Below are positions 29,782 to 40,255 of a stretch of 64,000 bases of DNA, one piece after another (positions within the stretch are counted from its first letter, which is position 1; every line of letters begins with the position of its first letter). The translations under genes were made by a program, and so were the position numbers. The stretch comes from an uncultured Chloroflexia bacterium (lineage in GTDB: Bacteria; Chloroflexota; UBA6077; JACCZL01): positions 192,001 to 256,000 of the forward strand of contig CAVXYC010000020.1 in the NCBI GenBank assembly GCA_963765765.1, in the 5' to 3' direction. Under the pieces are notes generated by a model, which did not search any database, was not told where the DNA came from, and saw nothing but the letters and a program-made list of their open reading frames with translations.

Positions 29782-29971
29782 CCGAACCGCACCAGGCGAA
29801 AGGTAGGGTTCTTTTACGCTGTCGTTTCTTCCGCGATACGAGCACCTGCCTTCGATACGAGCACCTGCCTTCCGAGCCCCGACCGGAATGCGATTCCTCT
29901 AACGGTGTCCTCCATAAAGGCGTTCGCGAGAAAGAACCCTCACTTACCCGTCGCGGGTCGGGGGGCTCGGA
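29782..29971. repeat. Degenerate REP cluster related to 20542-20641, with a 19-bp tandem duplication
   Basis: cgcgagaaagaaccctcacttacccgtcgc resembles cgcgagaagaaccgctcgcttacagtcgc (20603-20631); cgatacgagcacctgcctt occurs twice at 29834-29871. Confidence 0.6.
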
Positions 29972-30237
29972 GTTGAGAAGGCCAAAGGCCCCGCACCGCC
30001 ACCGCTAAGTCAATGTGACGCCGGCCCTCTGGCGCGGCCCAAATGTCACATTCACGTAACGGTCAACAGAGCGCTGTTTTTGCCACTTCTCCCCACTCCT
30101 CTCAATTTCTAATCTGCGCAACAAGACATAAGCGCTGCCCCGCCAAACAGACCGGAGAAATGATGCTCAAAGTGGGCGCGATCGACCCTCAATAGCTATT
30201 GGAAGCGGTGAGGGTCGGCCGTAAAATGCCACTGTCC

Positions 30238-30291
30238 GTGGAGCGAAGTGGATAACTCTGGGGATAAGTGGGCAGTTTGTGGATAAGTAGG
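30238..30291 (+). promoter_or_regulatory. MraZ-binding direct repeats overlapping DnaA-like boxes
   Basis: GTGGA/GTGGA/CTGGG/GTGGG at 10-bp period (30238, 30248, 30258, 30268), then GTGGA at 30279. Perfect TGTGGATAA at 30278-30286. Confidence 0.75.
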
Positions 30292-30307
30292 GCGCGTTGG
30301 CGGCACA

Positions 30308-30742
30308 GTGTTTATCGGCACGTTTGAGCATTCCATCGATGACAAGGGGCGACTCGCCGTTCCCGCTCGCTTTCGTAGCGAGCTTGCGGATGGCATGTTC
30401 GTCACCCGCGGTATCGACCGATGCCTGATGCTGCTCACGTCGGAACACTGGCAGCGCCTTGTGGATGGCATGTCATCGCTTCCGATGCTCCAGAACGACG
30501 CGCGTCGGCTCCAGCGACACTTCTTCTCGGGTGCGGCTCCACTCCAGCCGGATCGCCTGGGCCGCGTCGTCATTCCGCAATTCCTGCGCGAGTACGCACA
30601 GCTTTCAGGCGACGTTGTCGTCGTAGGCGTCATGAATCGCATCGAGATCTGGGACCGGCACTCCTGGTCAGCCGAGCGGGACGAGGTCGAATCTTTATCT
30701 CAGGAGCTCGCCGAGCACCTCTCGAGCAACAACCTCTTATGA
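30308..30742 (+). CDS. mraZ: Division/cell wall cluster repressor MraZ
   Basis: MFIGTFEHSIDDKGRLAVPARFR, DRLGRVVIP, RIEIWD. Confidence 0.97.
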   Translation: MFIGTFEHSIDDKGRLAVPARFRSELADGMFVTRGIDRCLMLLTSEHWQRLVDGMSSLPMLQNDARRLQRHFFSGAAPLQPDRLGRVVIPQFLREYAQLSGDVVVVGVMNRIEIWDRHSWSAERDEVESLSQELAEHLSSNNLL

Positions 30743-31641
30743 CCGACACACCGATTCACGTATCGGTCATGTTGGGTGAGGTCATCCACTATCTGGCCCT
30801 GAAGCCCGGTGGTCAGTACATCGACTGTACGCTCGGTTTGGGGGGTCACGCGCAGGCAATCCTTGAGGCAAGCGGTTCAGACGGCCGACTGCTTGGCCTG
30901 GACGCCGATCCGGCCGCACTGGAGCTTGCTGGAGAACGTCTCCGAGAGTTTGGGACGCGTGCGGTGCTGGTTCACTCCAATTTCGAGGATCTTGATGAGC
31001 GTGCACGCACGTCAGGCTTCGCCGACGTCGATGGAGTGCTTTTCGATCTTGGGGTCTCGTCCCTTCAATTCGGGCCAAACGGTCGTGGGTTCACCTTCCG
31101 AGACTCTGAGCCATTGGATATGCGGATGGATCCGTCACAGGAGACAACAGCGGCCGATCTTGTGTCCGCATTGTCCGAACGGGAGCTTGCAGACCTTATC
31201 TACCAGTATGGCGAGGAGCGGGCTTCCCGTCGAATTGCACGCTCAATTGTCTACCGCCGCGAGCGGCGCCCGATCACAACCACGAACGACCTAGTCAGTG
31301 CCATCGTTTCAGCCGTCGGGGGACAGCGCGGTCGCATCCATCCCGCCACCAGGACGTTCCAGGCGCTTCGAATTGCGGTGAATCGTGAGCTTGACGTACT
31401 ACCAGCGGCATTAAGCCAGGCGCTGCAGCTCCTACGCCCGGGCGGGCGGCTCGTGGTCATTGCATTCCATTCGCTTGAAGACCGAATCGTCAAGCGCTTC
31501 TTCATCGAACACTCCAACAAGAATGCGCCCGAGCCGATCAACGTTCTGACTCGACGCCCGATCACTCCGTCAGAGTCGGAGATCCGATCCAATCCGCGAG
31601 CGCGTAGCGCAAAGCTTCGCGCCGGCCAGCGGGCCGCGTAG
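30739..31641 (+). CDS. rsmH: 16S rRNA m4C1402 methyltransferase
   Basis: HVSVM, DCTLGLGGHA, DLGVSS, HPATRTFQALRIAVN, FHSLEDRIVK. Confidence 0.97.
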   Translation: MTDTPIHVSVMLGEVIHYLALKPGGQYIDCTLGLGGHAQAILEASGSDGRLLGLDADPAALELAGERLREFGTRAVLVHSNFEDLDERARTSGFADVDGVLFDLGVSSLQFGPNGRGFTFRDSEPLDMRMDPSQETTAADLVSALSERELADLIYQYGEERASRRIARSIVYRRERRPITTTNDLVSAIVSAVGGQRGRIHPATRTFQALRIAVNRELDVLPAALSQALQLLRPGGRLVVIAFHSLEDRIVKRFFIEHSNKNAPEPINVLTRRPITPSESEIRSNPRARSAKLRAGQRAA

Positions 31642-31671
31642 CCCACCCATTCCAAATCAGGAGTATTTGCC

Positions 31672-32142
31672 GTGGCCGTGATCATCGCTTCAGCCCCTAC
31701 AGCCCGCCGATGGGCCCCGATCGCGCTTCCTGTACTCCGACTGCCCACGAGAGTACTCCAGATTACCCCGCTACTTCTGGCACTGCTGATTTCACCAGCC
31801 CTGTATCTCAGCGTTACCAGTGAAGCCGTGACGACAGGCTCAACCGTTGAGCGACTGCGCAGTGAGCGAGAATTGTGGCGTCAGCAGAATCGGCAGCTTG
31901 AGAACGAGCTGGCTAAGCTCCAATCACTGGCCTGGGTCGAAAATGAAGCGGTCCATCGTCTCGGCATGCGCGGCGCAGCGCCAGCGATCCATATGACGAT
32001 TGACCGTCCCAGGCCAGCTTCCTCACGAACGGTACCCGTCTCACTCGCCCGTCATGAGAGCGCTCAGGCCAACCCGCTGCAAGCCGCCCCACCGCTGGAA
32101 TACGCCCTGAGCGATTCGCCCCCGCTCGGCGCGCCGCGATAG
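31672..32142 (+). CDS. ftsL: FtsL-like cell division protein
   Basis: TM plus coiled coil ending EAVHRLGM; lies between rsmH and the PBP. Confidence 0.65.
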   Translation: MAVIIASAPTARRWAPIALPVLRLPTRVLQITPLLLALLISPALYLSVTSEAVTTGSTVERLRSERELWRQQNRQLENELAKLQSLAWVENEAVHRLGMRGAAPAIHMTIDRPRPASSRTVPVSLARHESAQANPLQAAPPLEYALSDSPPLGAPR

Positions 32143-32149
32143 GGACCTG

Positions 32150-33850
32150 ATGGGCGCACAGATTCGACTTCGCTGGCTCGGAGTCCTTTTCCTCGGAATC
32201 GGGTTGCTCATCGGAGCGCGGCTGGTGCTTTTCCAGGTCCTGGAGCACGAGGGGCTGCGGGCGAAGGCCCACGCCGAGCATCGGCACCAGGTGACTGTTC
32301 CAGCCCGGCGTGGGGACATTCTGGACCGCAACGGGCAGCCGCTCGCGATTACGGTCATGTACGGAGCCGTTGAGATTGTGGGCGCCCAGGTCAAGAGCCC
32401 GGAACGAGTAGCCGCGGCGCTAGCTCCTTACCTGCAGATGCGCGCGGAGGAGATCCAGCCGCTGATTGACCAGCAAAATCAAGCACCCGTGTTAGTGAAG
32501 AACGGATTACCCGCCGCAACGATTACGAGCATCGAGAGCGCTGATATTCCGGGTGTGGTCACCCGCCCGGTGCAGTCCCGTAACTATCCCGAGGGCTCAC
32601 TCGCTGCGCGCGTGATCGGGCTGGTGGGAACGGACCATCACGGCCTGGCCGGCATAGAGAATTACTACGACGACGATCTTTCTGGCACACCGGGGCTGCT
32701 CGACACGGAGCTCAATACCGTCGGTCAGGAAATCATTCTTGGTCGGAAGATGCGCCTTCCTCCCGAGGACGGCGCCGATATTGTTCTCACGATCGACCGA
32801 TACACACAGCGCATGGCCGAGCGTTTACTTCCCGGAGCCGTGCAGACGAACAAATCCACGGGTGGCTCGATCATTGTCATGGAACCGTCCACGGGTGAGG
32901 TGCTGGCGAGCGCGACCCTTCCCGCATACGACCTGAACGACGAGAAACGCTTCAGTCCAGAATCAACCGCCCTCTTTAAATCCGCCGAGGTCGCTGATCA
33001 ATACGAACCAGGCTCCGTACTGAAGGTGCTAACAATGGCCGCGGGTCTAGAAGACGGCGTTGTGACTCCACAGACCACGCTGAACGATACGGGCCTGGTC
33101 ACGGTCAATGGCGTTGCCGTCCGAAATTGGAATCTCGCGGGCAACGGCGTGATTAACATGACGGAAGTCCTTGTTCGCTCGTCCAATATCGGAGCGCAAT
33201 TCGTGGCCGGGAAACTGGGGCCGGAGCGCTTTTACAATTACTACACTCGATTCGGACTCGGAGTGCCGAGCGGCGCGGATCTCCCGGGGGAGATTCCAGG
33301 CATGGTTCGCACCAATCAACGCCCCGACTGGAACAAGCTCGATCTGGTGACCAACTCATTTGGTCAAGGCATCGCGGTCACCCCGATTCAGGTCGCTTCG
33401 GCGATGGCGGCCATCGCGAACGACGGCCTGCGCATGCGTCCGCAGTTTGTGAGAGAAGTGCGATCCCCACGTGGCATACAGACCATCGCACCGGAACCGG
33501 TGAGTCAGGTTGTATCACCTCGAATCGCGCAAACGCTGCGAGGCATGATGGTCCACGTCCTGGAGCAGCAAGCGCTCGAGCAGTGGAGAATTCCGGGCTA
33601 CCGCGCGGCCGGCAAAACGGGGACTGCCGACTATGCGACGATTGGTGGATACAAGTCAGGAAAGACCTACGCTTCGGTCGTCGCGCTGGCTCCGGCCGAG
33701 GCGCCCCGTTTTGCAATTTTGATCAGGCTCGACGCTCCCGCGGCAATCTACGGCGGCGTTGTGGCAGTTCCCGTACTGGCAGAGCTTCTCCCGGCCCTGT
33801 ATACCTACTATCGGGTCCCTCCGACAGACGCCATTCCGGGAGGACAATGA
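32150..33850 (+). CDS. ftsI: Class B penicillin-binding protein (FtsI)
   Basis: RRGDILDRNG, RNYPEG, YEPGSVLK (SxxK), SSN, KTG. Confidence 0.93.
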   Translation: MGAQIRLRWLGVLFLGIGLLIGARLVLFQVLEHEGLRAKAHAEHRHQVTVPARRGDILDRNGQPLAITVMYGAVEIVGAQVKSPERVAAALAPYLQMRAEEIQPLIDQQNQAPVLVKNGLPAATITSIESADIPGVVTRPVQSRNYPEGSLAARVIGLVGTDHHGLAGIENYYDDDLSGTPGLLDTELNTVGQEIILGRKMRLPPEDGADIVLTIDRYTQRMAERLLPGAVQTNKSTGGSIIVMEPSTGEVLASATLPAYDLNDEKRFSPESTALFKSAEVADQYEPGSVLKVLTMAAGLEDGVVTPQTTLNDTGLVTVNGVAVRNWNLAGNGVINMTEVLVRSSNIGAQFVAGKLGPERFYNYYTRFGLGVPSGADLPGEIPGMVRTNQRPDWNKLDLVTNSFGQGIAVTPIQVASAMAAIANDGLRMRPQFVREVRSPRGIQTIAPEPVSQVVSPRIAQTLRGMMVHVLEQQALEQWRIPGYRAAGKTGTADYATIGGYKSGKTYASVVALAPAEAPRFAILIRLDAPAAIYGGVVAVPVLAELLPALYTYYRVPPTDAIPGGQ

Positions 33851-35241
33851 TCGATAGGACCGCCCCACGACTCTCCGATGTCGTCGCCGGAGCTCAGGCT
33901 GAGGTTCGTGGTGCCGTCTCGCTCGCCGAGCCGATCACGTCAGTCACTACTGACTCCCGCGCCGTGACAAAGGGGAGTCTTTTCGTTGCATTGTCGGGCG
34001 CCAAGCACGATGGGCACGATTATGTCACCCAGGCTTTTGCAGATGGCGCCGTCGCGGCGCTAATTTCCCACATCCCCGAGGATTGCACCTGGGGCAACGA
34101 TGGCCCGCCGTTCCTTCTCGTGCCTGATACCCTGAAGGCGCTCCAGGATCTGGCGCACTGGTGGCGTCGACAGCATCGCGCTGAGGTCATCGGTGTGACA
34201 GGAAGCGTCGGAAAGACCACCACCAAGGAAGTGACCGCGGCCGTGCTCGGCCGACGTATGCCCGTGCTCTATAGCGAGGGAAATCTCAACACCGAAGTTG
34301 GCTTGCCCCTTACGCTCCTTCGGCTACGCCAGCACCATCGGGCCGTCGTGCTAGAGATGGGTATGTACGCCTTGGGCGATATCCGGCTACTGGCCACCAT
34401 CGCGGAACCGCGAATTGGGGTTGTCACAAACGTCCAGCCCAGCCATCTCCAACGAATGGGCACACTTGAGCGAATTGCCGATGCAAAGTCGGAGCTTCCG
34501 GAAAGCCTTCCGGCGAATGGACTTGCAATCCTGAATTCGGACGATCCCCGAGTTCATGCCATGGCTCACCGCACGGCGGCACAGTCAGTGTTCTATGGGT
34601 TGAGTGCCGACGCCCAAATTCGTGCCACCAATTCCGTCTCTCGAGGATTGCGCGGTGTCCAGTTTCGACTGCACATCGGTGAACGCTCGGCTCAGGTTCA
34701 CCTGCCGCTGCTTGGTCTTCACAGCATTCACGCCGCATTGGCCGCCGCGGCCGTGGCAACCGAGCTCCGCTTTAGCCTCGACGAGACCGCCGAAGCGCTC
34801 TATAAGGTAGAACCGTCACTACGAATACTGGTAGCGCGCGGACTCAATGGCTCGCGCATCATCGATGACACGTACAACGCAAGTCCGGAGTCCGTCCTGG
34901 CTGGCCTCAATCTACTGGCCGACCTCGACGGTCGAAAGATCGCCGTGCTCGGCGATATGTTAGAGCTCGGCTCGCACGAGGAATCTGGACATCGCATGGT
35001 CGGCAGCCGAGCCGCGATCGTTACGAGTCTCCTGGTCACCGTGGGCGATCGCATGGCCTTCGCGGCTGAGGAAGCCCGAGCGAGCGGCATGCGGCCAGAG
35101 CGCGTCATCCAATGCGCAACCAACGCCGAAGCTATCGATGCGCTCCGACGCTTTCTTCGACCAGGCGATAACGTGCTCGTCAAAGGGTCGCGCGGAATGC
35201 AGATGGAAGAGATCGTGCGCGCCGTCAGGCTGGAGGGTTAA
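33847..35241 (+). CDS. murF: UDP-MurNAc-tripeptide--D-Ala-D-Ala ligase
   Basis: GVTGSVGKTTTKE, DDTYNASPES, LGDMLELG, VLVKGSRG. Confidence 0.95.
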   Translation: MIDRTAPRLSDVVAGAQAEVRGAVSLAEPITSVTTDSRAVTKGSLFVALSGAKHDGHDYVTQAFADGAVAALISHIPEDCTWGNDGPPFLLVPDTLKALQDLAHWWRRQHRAEVIGVTGSVGKTTTKEVTAAVLGRRMPVLYSEGNLNTEVGLPLTLLRLRQHHRAVVLEMGMYALGDIRLLATIAEPRIGVVTNVQPSHLQRMGTLERIADAKSELPESLPANGLAILNSDDPRVHAMAHRTAAQSVFYGLSADAQIRATNSVSRGLRGVQFRLHIGERSAQVHLPLLGLHSIHAALAAAAVATELRFSLDETAEALYKVEPSLRILVARGLNGSRIIDDTYNASPESVLAGLNLLADLDGRKIAVLGDMLELGSHEESGHRMVGSRAAIVTSLLVTVGDRMAFAAEEARASGMRPERVIQCATNAEAIDALRRFLRPGDNVLVKGSRGMQMEEIVRAVRLEG

Positions 35242-36221
35242 TGGCCCTGGCACTGGCACTGGGCGTCTTGACCTGCATCCTCACGCTCATAGCAGGATAT
35301 CCCTTTGTGTACTGGCTCCGTAGACTTGGGGTGGGCAAACAGATACGCAGCGACGGTCCATCGACCCATACAGAAAAAGTGGGAACGCCAACCATGGGCG
35401 GGCTGTTGTTCTGCGTCTCATCGGTCATCGTCACAGGCATCGCCACCGTGACGCAATACCAGTCCTCAGGGCGCTCCATCCTGTTGCCAGTGTGTGTCCT
35501 ATTTGCCTGCGCGGCGCTTGGCGCGGTCGATGACCGATTGACGCTCATTGGCAAGAAGAGCGAGGGCATCACCGCCCGATTCAAGATGGCCTGGCTCATT
35601 ATCATCGCCACCGCCGCGGCTCTTGCCTTATGGCATCCAGCATTGCTGGGATTGGACACGATCTTTATTCCGACCATTCCTGAGCTGATTCATATACCGC
35701 CGTATGTGTATCTGCCGCTCGCCATTCTTGCCATCGTGGGCACTGCAAACTCAGTGAACCTCACCGACGGACTTGACAGTCTAGCGGGATGGACCGCGTT
35801 CGTTGCGTTCGTGGCCTACGGCATCATTGCCCATCTTCAGCGTCAGGATTTCCTGGTGACGTTCTGCTTCATCGTGGCCGGCGGTATCGCGGCGTTCCTC
35901 TGGTTCAACGCTCATCCCGCTCAGATATTCATGGGAGATACAGGGTCTCTGTCATTGGGCGCCACCCTTGCCGTCGTCGCGTTGATGACGGGCCACATTC
36001 TGCTACTCCCTCTTATCGGTTTTGTGTTCGTCGCCGAAGCGGTCTCAGTGATCGCCCAGGTCGTGTATTTCAAGATTACCGGCGGAAAGAGGCTCCTTCG
36101 AATGGCTCCGATTCACCACCACTTTGAGCTCATCGGTTGGTCCGAAACGCACGTCACGCAGCGATTCTGGCTGGTGAGTGTCCTCGCCGCGATGCTCGGA
36201 GTAGCGCTCGCGCTTATCTAG
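35241..36221 (+). CDS. mraY: Phospho-MurNAc-pentapeptide transferase
   Basis: KVGTPTMGG, NSVNLTDGLDSL, IFMGDTGS, MAPIHHHFEL. Confidence 0.97.
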   Translation: MALALALGVLTCILTLIAGYPFVYWLRRLGVGKQIRSDGPSTHTEKVGTPTMGGLLFCVSSVIVTGIATVTQYQSSGRSILLPVCVLFACAALGAVDDRLTLIGKKSEGITARFKMAWLIIIATAAALALWHPALLGLDTIFIPTIPELIHIPPYVYLPLAILAIVGTANSVNLTDGLDSLAGWTAFVAFVAYGIIAHLQRQDFLVTFCFIVAGGIAAFLWFNAHPAQIFMGDTGSLSLGATLAVVALMTGHILLLPLIGFVFVAEAVSVIAQVVYFKITGGKRLLRMAPIHHHFELIGWSETHVTQRFWLVSVLAAMLGVALALI

Positions 36222-36251
36222 ATTCATATTGAGGGATTCCGAGGGTCACGG

Positions 36252-37649
36252 ATGACACAAGGATCAAGAACCTATTCGAAGGCTGGTCTCGATCTGAGCG
36301 GCCAACGCGCTACGATCATTGGGCTGGGTCGCGAGGGGCGGGATCTGGCCCGCTTTCTCACCGGAGCCGGCGCGTCTTTATCAATCACCGATGCTCGTTC
36401 ACAAGAGGCATTGGCCGATCACGTGAGCGCCCTGGAGTCTCTCTCGGCGCGATATGCCTTGGGGGGCCATCCCGATGAGCTACTTGATGGGACTGATGTC
36501 ATCTACGTCAGCCCCGGCGTGCAGCCCGAAATTCCGTTCTTGAAAGAGGCACGACGACGGGGGATTCGCGTCTCCAGTGCCACCGAGCTCTTCTTTCAGC
36601 TCTGCCCGGTGCCAATCGTGGGCATCACAGGCAGCAGCGGAAAGAGCACCACAACGGCGATGACTGGAACGGTGTTAAGGTCGGCCGGACTTGACGCGGT
36701 TGTTGGGGGCAACATCGGCGTGCCAATGCTAGGCATGCTGGAGCGCATATCGGGCGACAGCATCGCGGTGATGGAGCTCAGCTCCTTCCAGCTCGAGTTC
36801 ATGCGCCAGAGCCCGTGGATCGCCACCGTGACCAATGTGACCCCGAACCATCTCGACCGGCATCTGAGCATGGACGCGTACCGCGAAGCCAAAGCGCAGA
36901 TACTGGCGCATCAGTCGGCCGGTGATTGGTCAGTCCTGAATCGGGACGACGAACAGAGCCGGCTGCTTCCGACGCATGGCCAGAAGCTTGAATTCAGTCA
37001 GCGCGAGCGCGTCACCGGCGCGTATCTAGCCGGTGAGCTGCTCATGAGGGACCTTGCGACCGGCGCCGAGCAGGTATGCCAACGAAGCGACGTCCAGCTT
37101 CGCGGAGACCATAATGTGGCGAATGCGTTGACTGTCATTGCGACCTGCTCAGCCGCCGGCGTGAACCCAGAAGCAATCAGGTCGGGAATCAGGGCCTTCA
37201 GGGCCCTCCCCCACCGATTGGAGCCTGTGGGGGAGCTCGGGGGTGCCACCTACTACAACGACTCGATCGCAACGTCACCAGAGCGCAGTATTGCCGCGTT
37301 GCTGTCCTTTAGCGAGCCTATCGTCTTGCTGGCCGGTGGCCGCGACAAGCATCTCCCAATGCGCGATTGGGCAGAGCTCATACGTCAACGCGTACACCAT
37401 TTGATTGTCTTCGGCGAGGCGGCGTCGCTCATCATGCAGGCGGCGCGTGAGGCGGGTGTGAGCCAGGCGGCGATATCCAGCGTGCAGACCCTCGATGACG
37501 CCGTCGCCGCGGCGGCGCAGGTTAGTAAGCCAGGTGTCGCCGTTCTCCTGTCCCCTGGTTGCACTAGCTACGATGCATTTTTCGATTTCGAAGCCCGCGG
37601 CGAGCGCTTTCGTGAACTCGTGAGGCTCATGTCCGAGGGAGGAGCCTGA
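36252..37649 (+). CDS. murD: UDP-MurNAc-L-Ala--D-Glu ligase
   Basis: VSPGV, GITGSSGKSTT, ELSSFQL, NHLDRH, LSPGCTSYD. Confidence 0.96.
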   Translation: MTQGSRTYSKAGLDLSGQRATIIGLGREGRDLARFLTGAGASLSITDARSQEALADHVSALESLSARYALGGHPDELLDGTDVIYVSPGVQPEIPFLKEARRRGIRVSSATELFFQLCPVPIVGITGSSGKSTTTAMTGTVLRSAGLDAVVGGNIGVPMLGMLERISGDSIAVMELSSFQLEFMRQSPWIATVTNVTPNHLDRHLSMDAYREAKAQILAHQSAGDWSVLNRDDEQSRLLPTHGQKLEFSQRERVTGAYLAGELLMRDLATGAEQVCQRSDVQLRGDHNVANALTVIATCSAAGVNPEAIRSGIRAFRALPHRLEPVGELGGATYYNDSIATSPERSIAALLSFSEPIVLLAGGRDKHLPMRDWAELIRQRVHHLIVFGEAASLIMQAAREAGVSQAAISSVQTLDDAVAAAAQVSKPGVAVLLSPGCTSYDAFFDFEARGERFRELVRLMSEGGA

Positions 37650-37650
37650 C

Positions 37651-38874
37651 ATGTTTGCACGGACGGAGTCGGCTCCAGAACACCGAGACTGGTGGCTGAT
37701 TGGCAGCGTTGTGGCGCTCTTAGCGATTGGGCTGCAAATGGTGTACTCGTCAAGCGTTGTGGTGGCCCACAACGAGTTCGGGGACGATACGTACTTCGTC
37801 GTCCGTCACGCCGCGTGGCTGGTGGTGGGAGTCATCCTGACCTACATCGCCAGTCGAATCGACTACCACGTGTGGCAGCGGCTGTCCGTGCTACTCATGG
37901 GACTCTGCCTCGTGGCGCTTGTGGTTGTTCTTGTACCGGCGTTCGGCTCCACGGCCTATGGCGCTCAGCGTTGGCTGAAGGTCGGTGCAATTCCGCTCGG
38001 TCAGCCAAGCGAGCTGGCCAAAATCATCCTTGTTCTTTATATGGCAGACTGGCTCTCGAGAAAGGGTGACCAGGTCCGTTACTTCACGTATGGATCACTT
38101 CCGTTCGCCATCATTGTCGGACTCGTGGCGGGTCTTGTCATGCTCCAGCCCGATTTAGGAACGACTCTAGTAGTGATTATTACCGCCGTAACGATCTTTT
38201 TTGTCGCGGGCGCTAATCTTATTCACCTCGCGTTGATGGCAATACCGACCGCCGCTATCGTCGGAGCGCTTGTCGTGAACGTCGGCTGGCGAGCCGATCG
38301 AGTGGCGGCGTTCTTGAGCCCGGAAGACGACCCTCTTGGCAAGGGCTGGCACACTATGCAGACGCTTATTGCCCTTGGATCGGGGGGAATTCAGGGACTG
38401 GGGTTAGGGGAGAGTCGCCAAAAGCACTACTACGTGCCGAACGCGCATACGGATACGATTTTTGCCATTATCGGAGAAGAGCTCGGACTAATCGGAACGC
38501 TTCTCGTCGTCTTACTCTTTGGCATCCTGGCGTGGCGAGGGCTGGTGATCGCCTCGCGGTCATCGGATATGTTCGGAAGGCTTCTTGCCGTGGGTATGAT
38601 CGGCAAGATCATCTGGCAAGCCATGCTGAATATCGCCGTCATCACGAACACCGTTCCCTACACTGGCGTGCCGCTGCCGCTTATCAGTTACGGTGCGTCT
38701 TCATTGGTAGTGACGATGATCTCGATCGGTGTGCTTTACAGCGTGCTGCGTTTTCGTGCCGAGTCACCGCAGCCGGCGTCGTCATTTGATGGCGCGCCAT
38801 CTGGAGCGCCCCCGGGACTCAGCGCCAGTACGCGCATGCGCCAGTACCGAGCACGGTTCAACCATGCCCGATGA
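37651..38874 (+). CDS. ftsW: SEDS peptidoglycan polymerase FtsW
   Basis: GAQRW, QPSELAK, QPDLGT, HTDTIFAIIGEELG, GVPLPLISYG. Confidence 0.96.
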   Translation: MFARTESAPEHRDWWLIGSVVALLAIGLQMVYSSSVVVAHNEFGDDTYFVVRHAAWLVVGVILTYIASRIDYHVWQRLSVLLMGLCLVALVVVLVPAFGSTAYGAQRWLKVGAIPLGQPSELAKIILVLYMADWLSRKGDQVRYFTYGSLPFAIIVGLVAGLVMLQPDLGTTLVVIITAVTIFFVAGANLIHLALMAIPTAAIVGALVVNVGWRADRVAAFLSPEDDPLGKGWHTMQTLIALGSGGIQGLGLGESRQKHYYVPNAHTDTIFAIIGEELGLIGTLLVVLLFGILAWRGLVIASRSSDMFGRLLAVGMIGKIIWQAMLNIAVITNTVPYTGVPLPLISYGASSLVVTMISIGVLYSVLRFRAESPQPASSFDGAPSGAPPGLSASTRMRQYRARFNHAR

Positions 38875-40255
38875 CGCAGCCGGGCAGCGCCGTGCTTCGG
38901 GCGGACGCTGTTCACTTCATTGGTATCGCCGGAACGGGTATGCAGGCGCTTGCTGAGGTGCTGTTGGCCCGCGGGATTCGGGTGAGCGGCTCAGATTCGC
39001 GCATGTCACCCGTGTTGGAAAGTCTCTCCGCGGCAGGCGCCCAAACGTTCGTTGGTCATGCATCCAGCCAACTCGGCACCGCCGAGGCAGTTGTGATCTC
39101 CGCCGCCGTACCAGCCGAGAACCCCGAGCTGCGTGACGCCGAGCACCGCAAGCTTCCGATTGCCACGCACGCTCAAGTGCTCGGAGCCCTCTCTCGCACC
39201 ATGGAGACCATCGCCGTCGCCGGAACGCACGGGAAGAGCACGACCACGGCCCTCACAGCTCACATCCTCACGGACTGTGGCCTCGACCCGGTGGTGCTCG
39301 GTGGGGCCTATGCTCCCAACCTTCAGGGTAGCGGCAGGGCGGGAGGAGGAGGAGTGCTTGTTGTAGAAGCCGACGAATTCGCTCGACGGTTTCTGGAGCT
39401 CTCACCTTCAACGGCCATCATCACCAATGTTGAGGCCGATCATCTCGACTATTACGGAAGCTTCGAGGCAATCGAATCAACCTTTGCCGATTTCATCGCC
39501 CGAATACATTCCGACGGCTCGTTGCTTGCATGTATCGACGTGCCAATGATCGCCGCAGTTCGTGAAGATCCACGATTCTTGCCCTATGGCGAGTCACCTG
39601 AGGCGGCCTGGCGGACGTCCAATTATCACGCGGATCGCGACGGGACGCGATTCACAGTCTGTTCACCGGACAATCAGTACGTATCAGTGAATAGCCAGCT
39701 ACGGGGTCGGCACAACGCGCTCAACGCGACTGCCGCGATCGCGGCCGCGTACCTGGCAGGCGTTTCACCCCAGGATGCCGCGCGCGCCGTGTCCCAATTC
39801 GTGGGAACGAGACGCCGTTTCCAGACAATCTACTGCTCTGGGTCGCTCTGGATCGTGGATGACTATGCGCACCATCCAACCGAAATCCGTGCCACACTGC
39901 GGGCCGCGCGTGAAAGTCATCCGGGACGCATCTGGGCGGTTTTTCAGCCTCACACAAGTCATCGAACCCAAGCGCTTTTCGATGACTTCACCAGCGCTTT
40001 CCTGGATGCCGATGAGGTAGTCATACTTCCGATCTACCACCCAGCGGCCGGGAGCCTGAAGAGCTGGCGGTAACAAGTGCCGACCTCGTGCGATCGATGC
40101 ATCACTCCCGCGGTCGAGCTACGGGATCAATGGACGACGCGATTGAACTTCTCGATTCTGAGCTGAAATCGGGCGATATGGTCCTGCTCATGGGGGCGGG
40201 CGACGTCAACGAGCTCGGTCCCCGACTGACGTTCCGCATCGGAGGAGCGCGGTGA
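38871..40255 (+). CDS. murC: UDP-MurNAc--L-Ala ligase, frameshifted near 40046
   Basis: [33 protein letters not shown]-terminus ([15 protein letters not shown]) continues in another frame to a TGA overlapping the murB start. Confidence 0.92.

Noticed and set aside
29834-29871. CRISPR-like repeat
   Set aside because: Only two abutting 19-bp copies, no spacers, no cas genes.
29790-29950. RNase P RNA or 6S RNA at the usual rnpB position (gaaaggtaggg..aaagaaccctcactta resembles P4 strands)
   Set aside because: No GAGGAAAGTCC, spacing far too short, no room for P2/P3. Better explained by similarity to the REP at 20542-20641.
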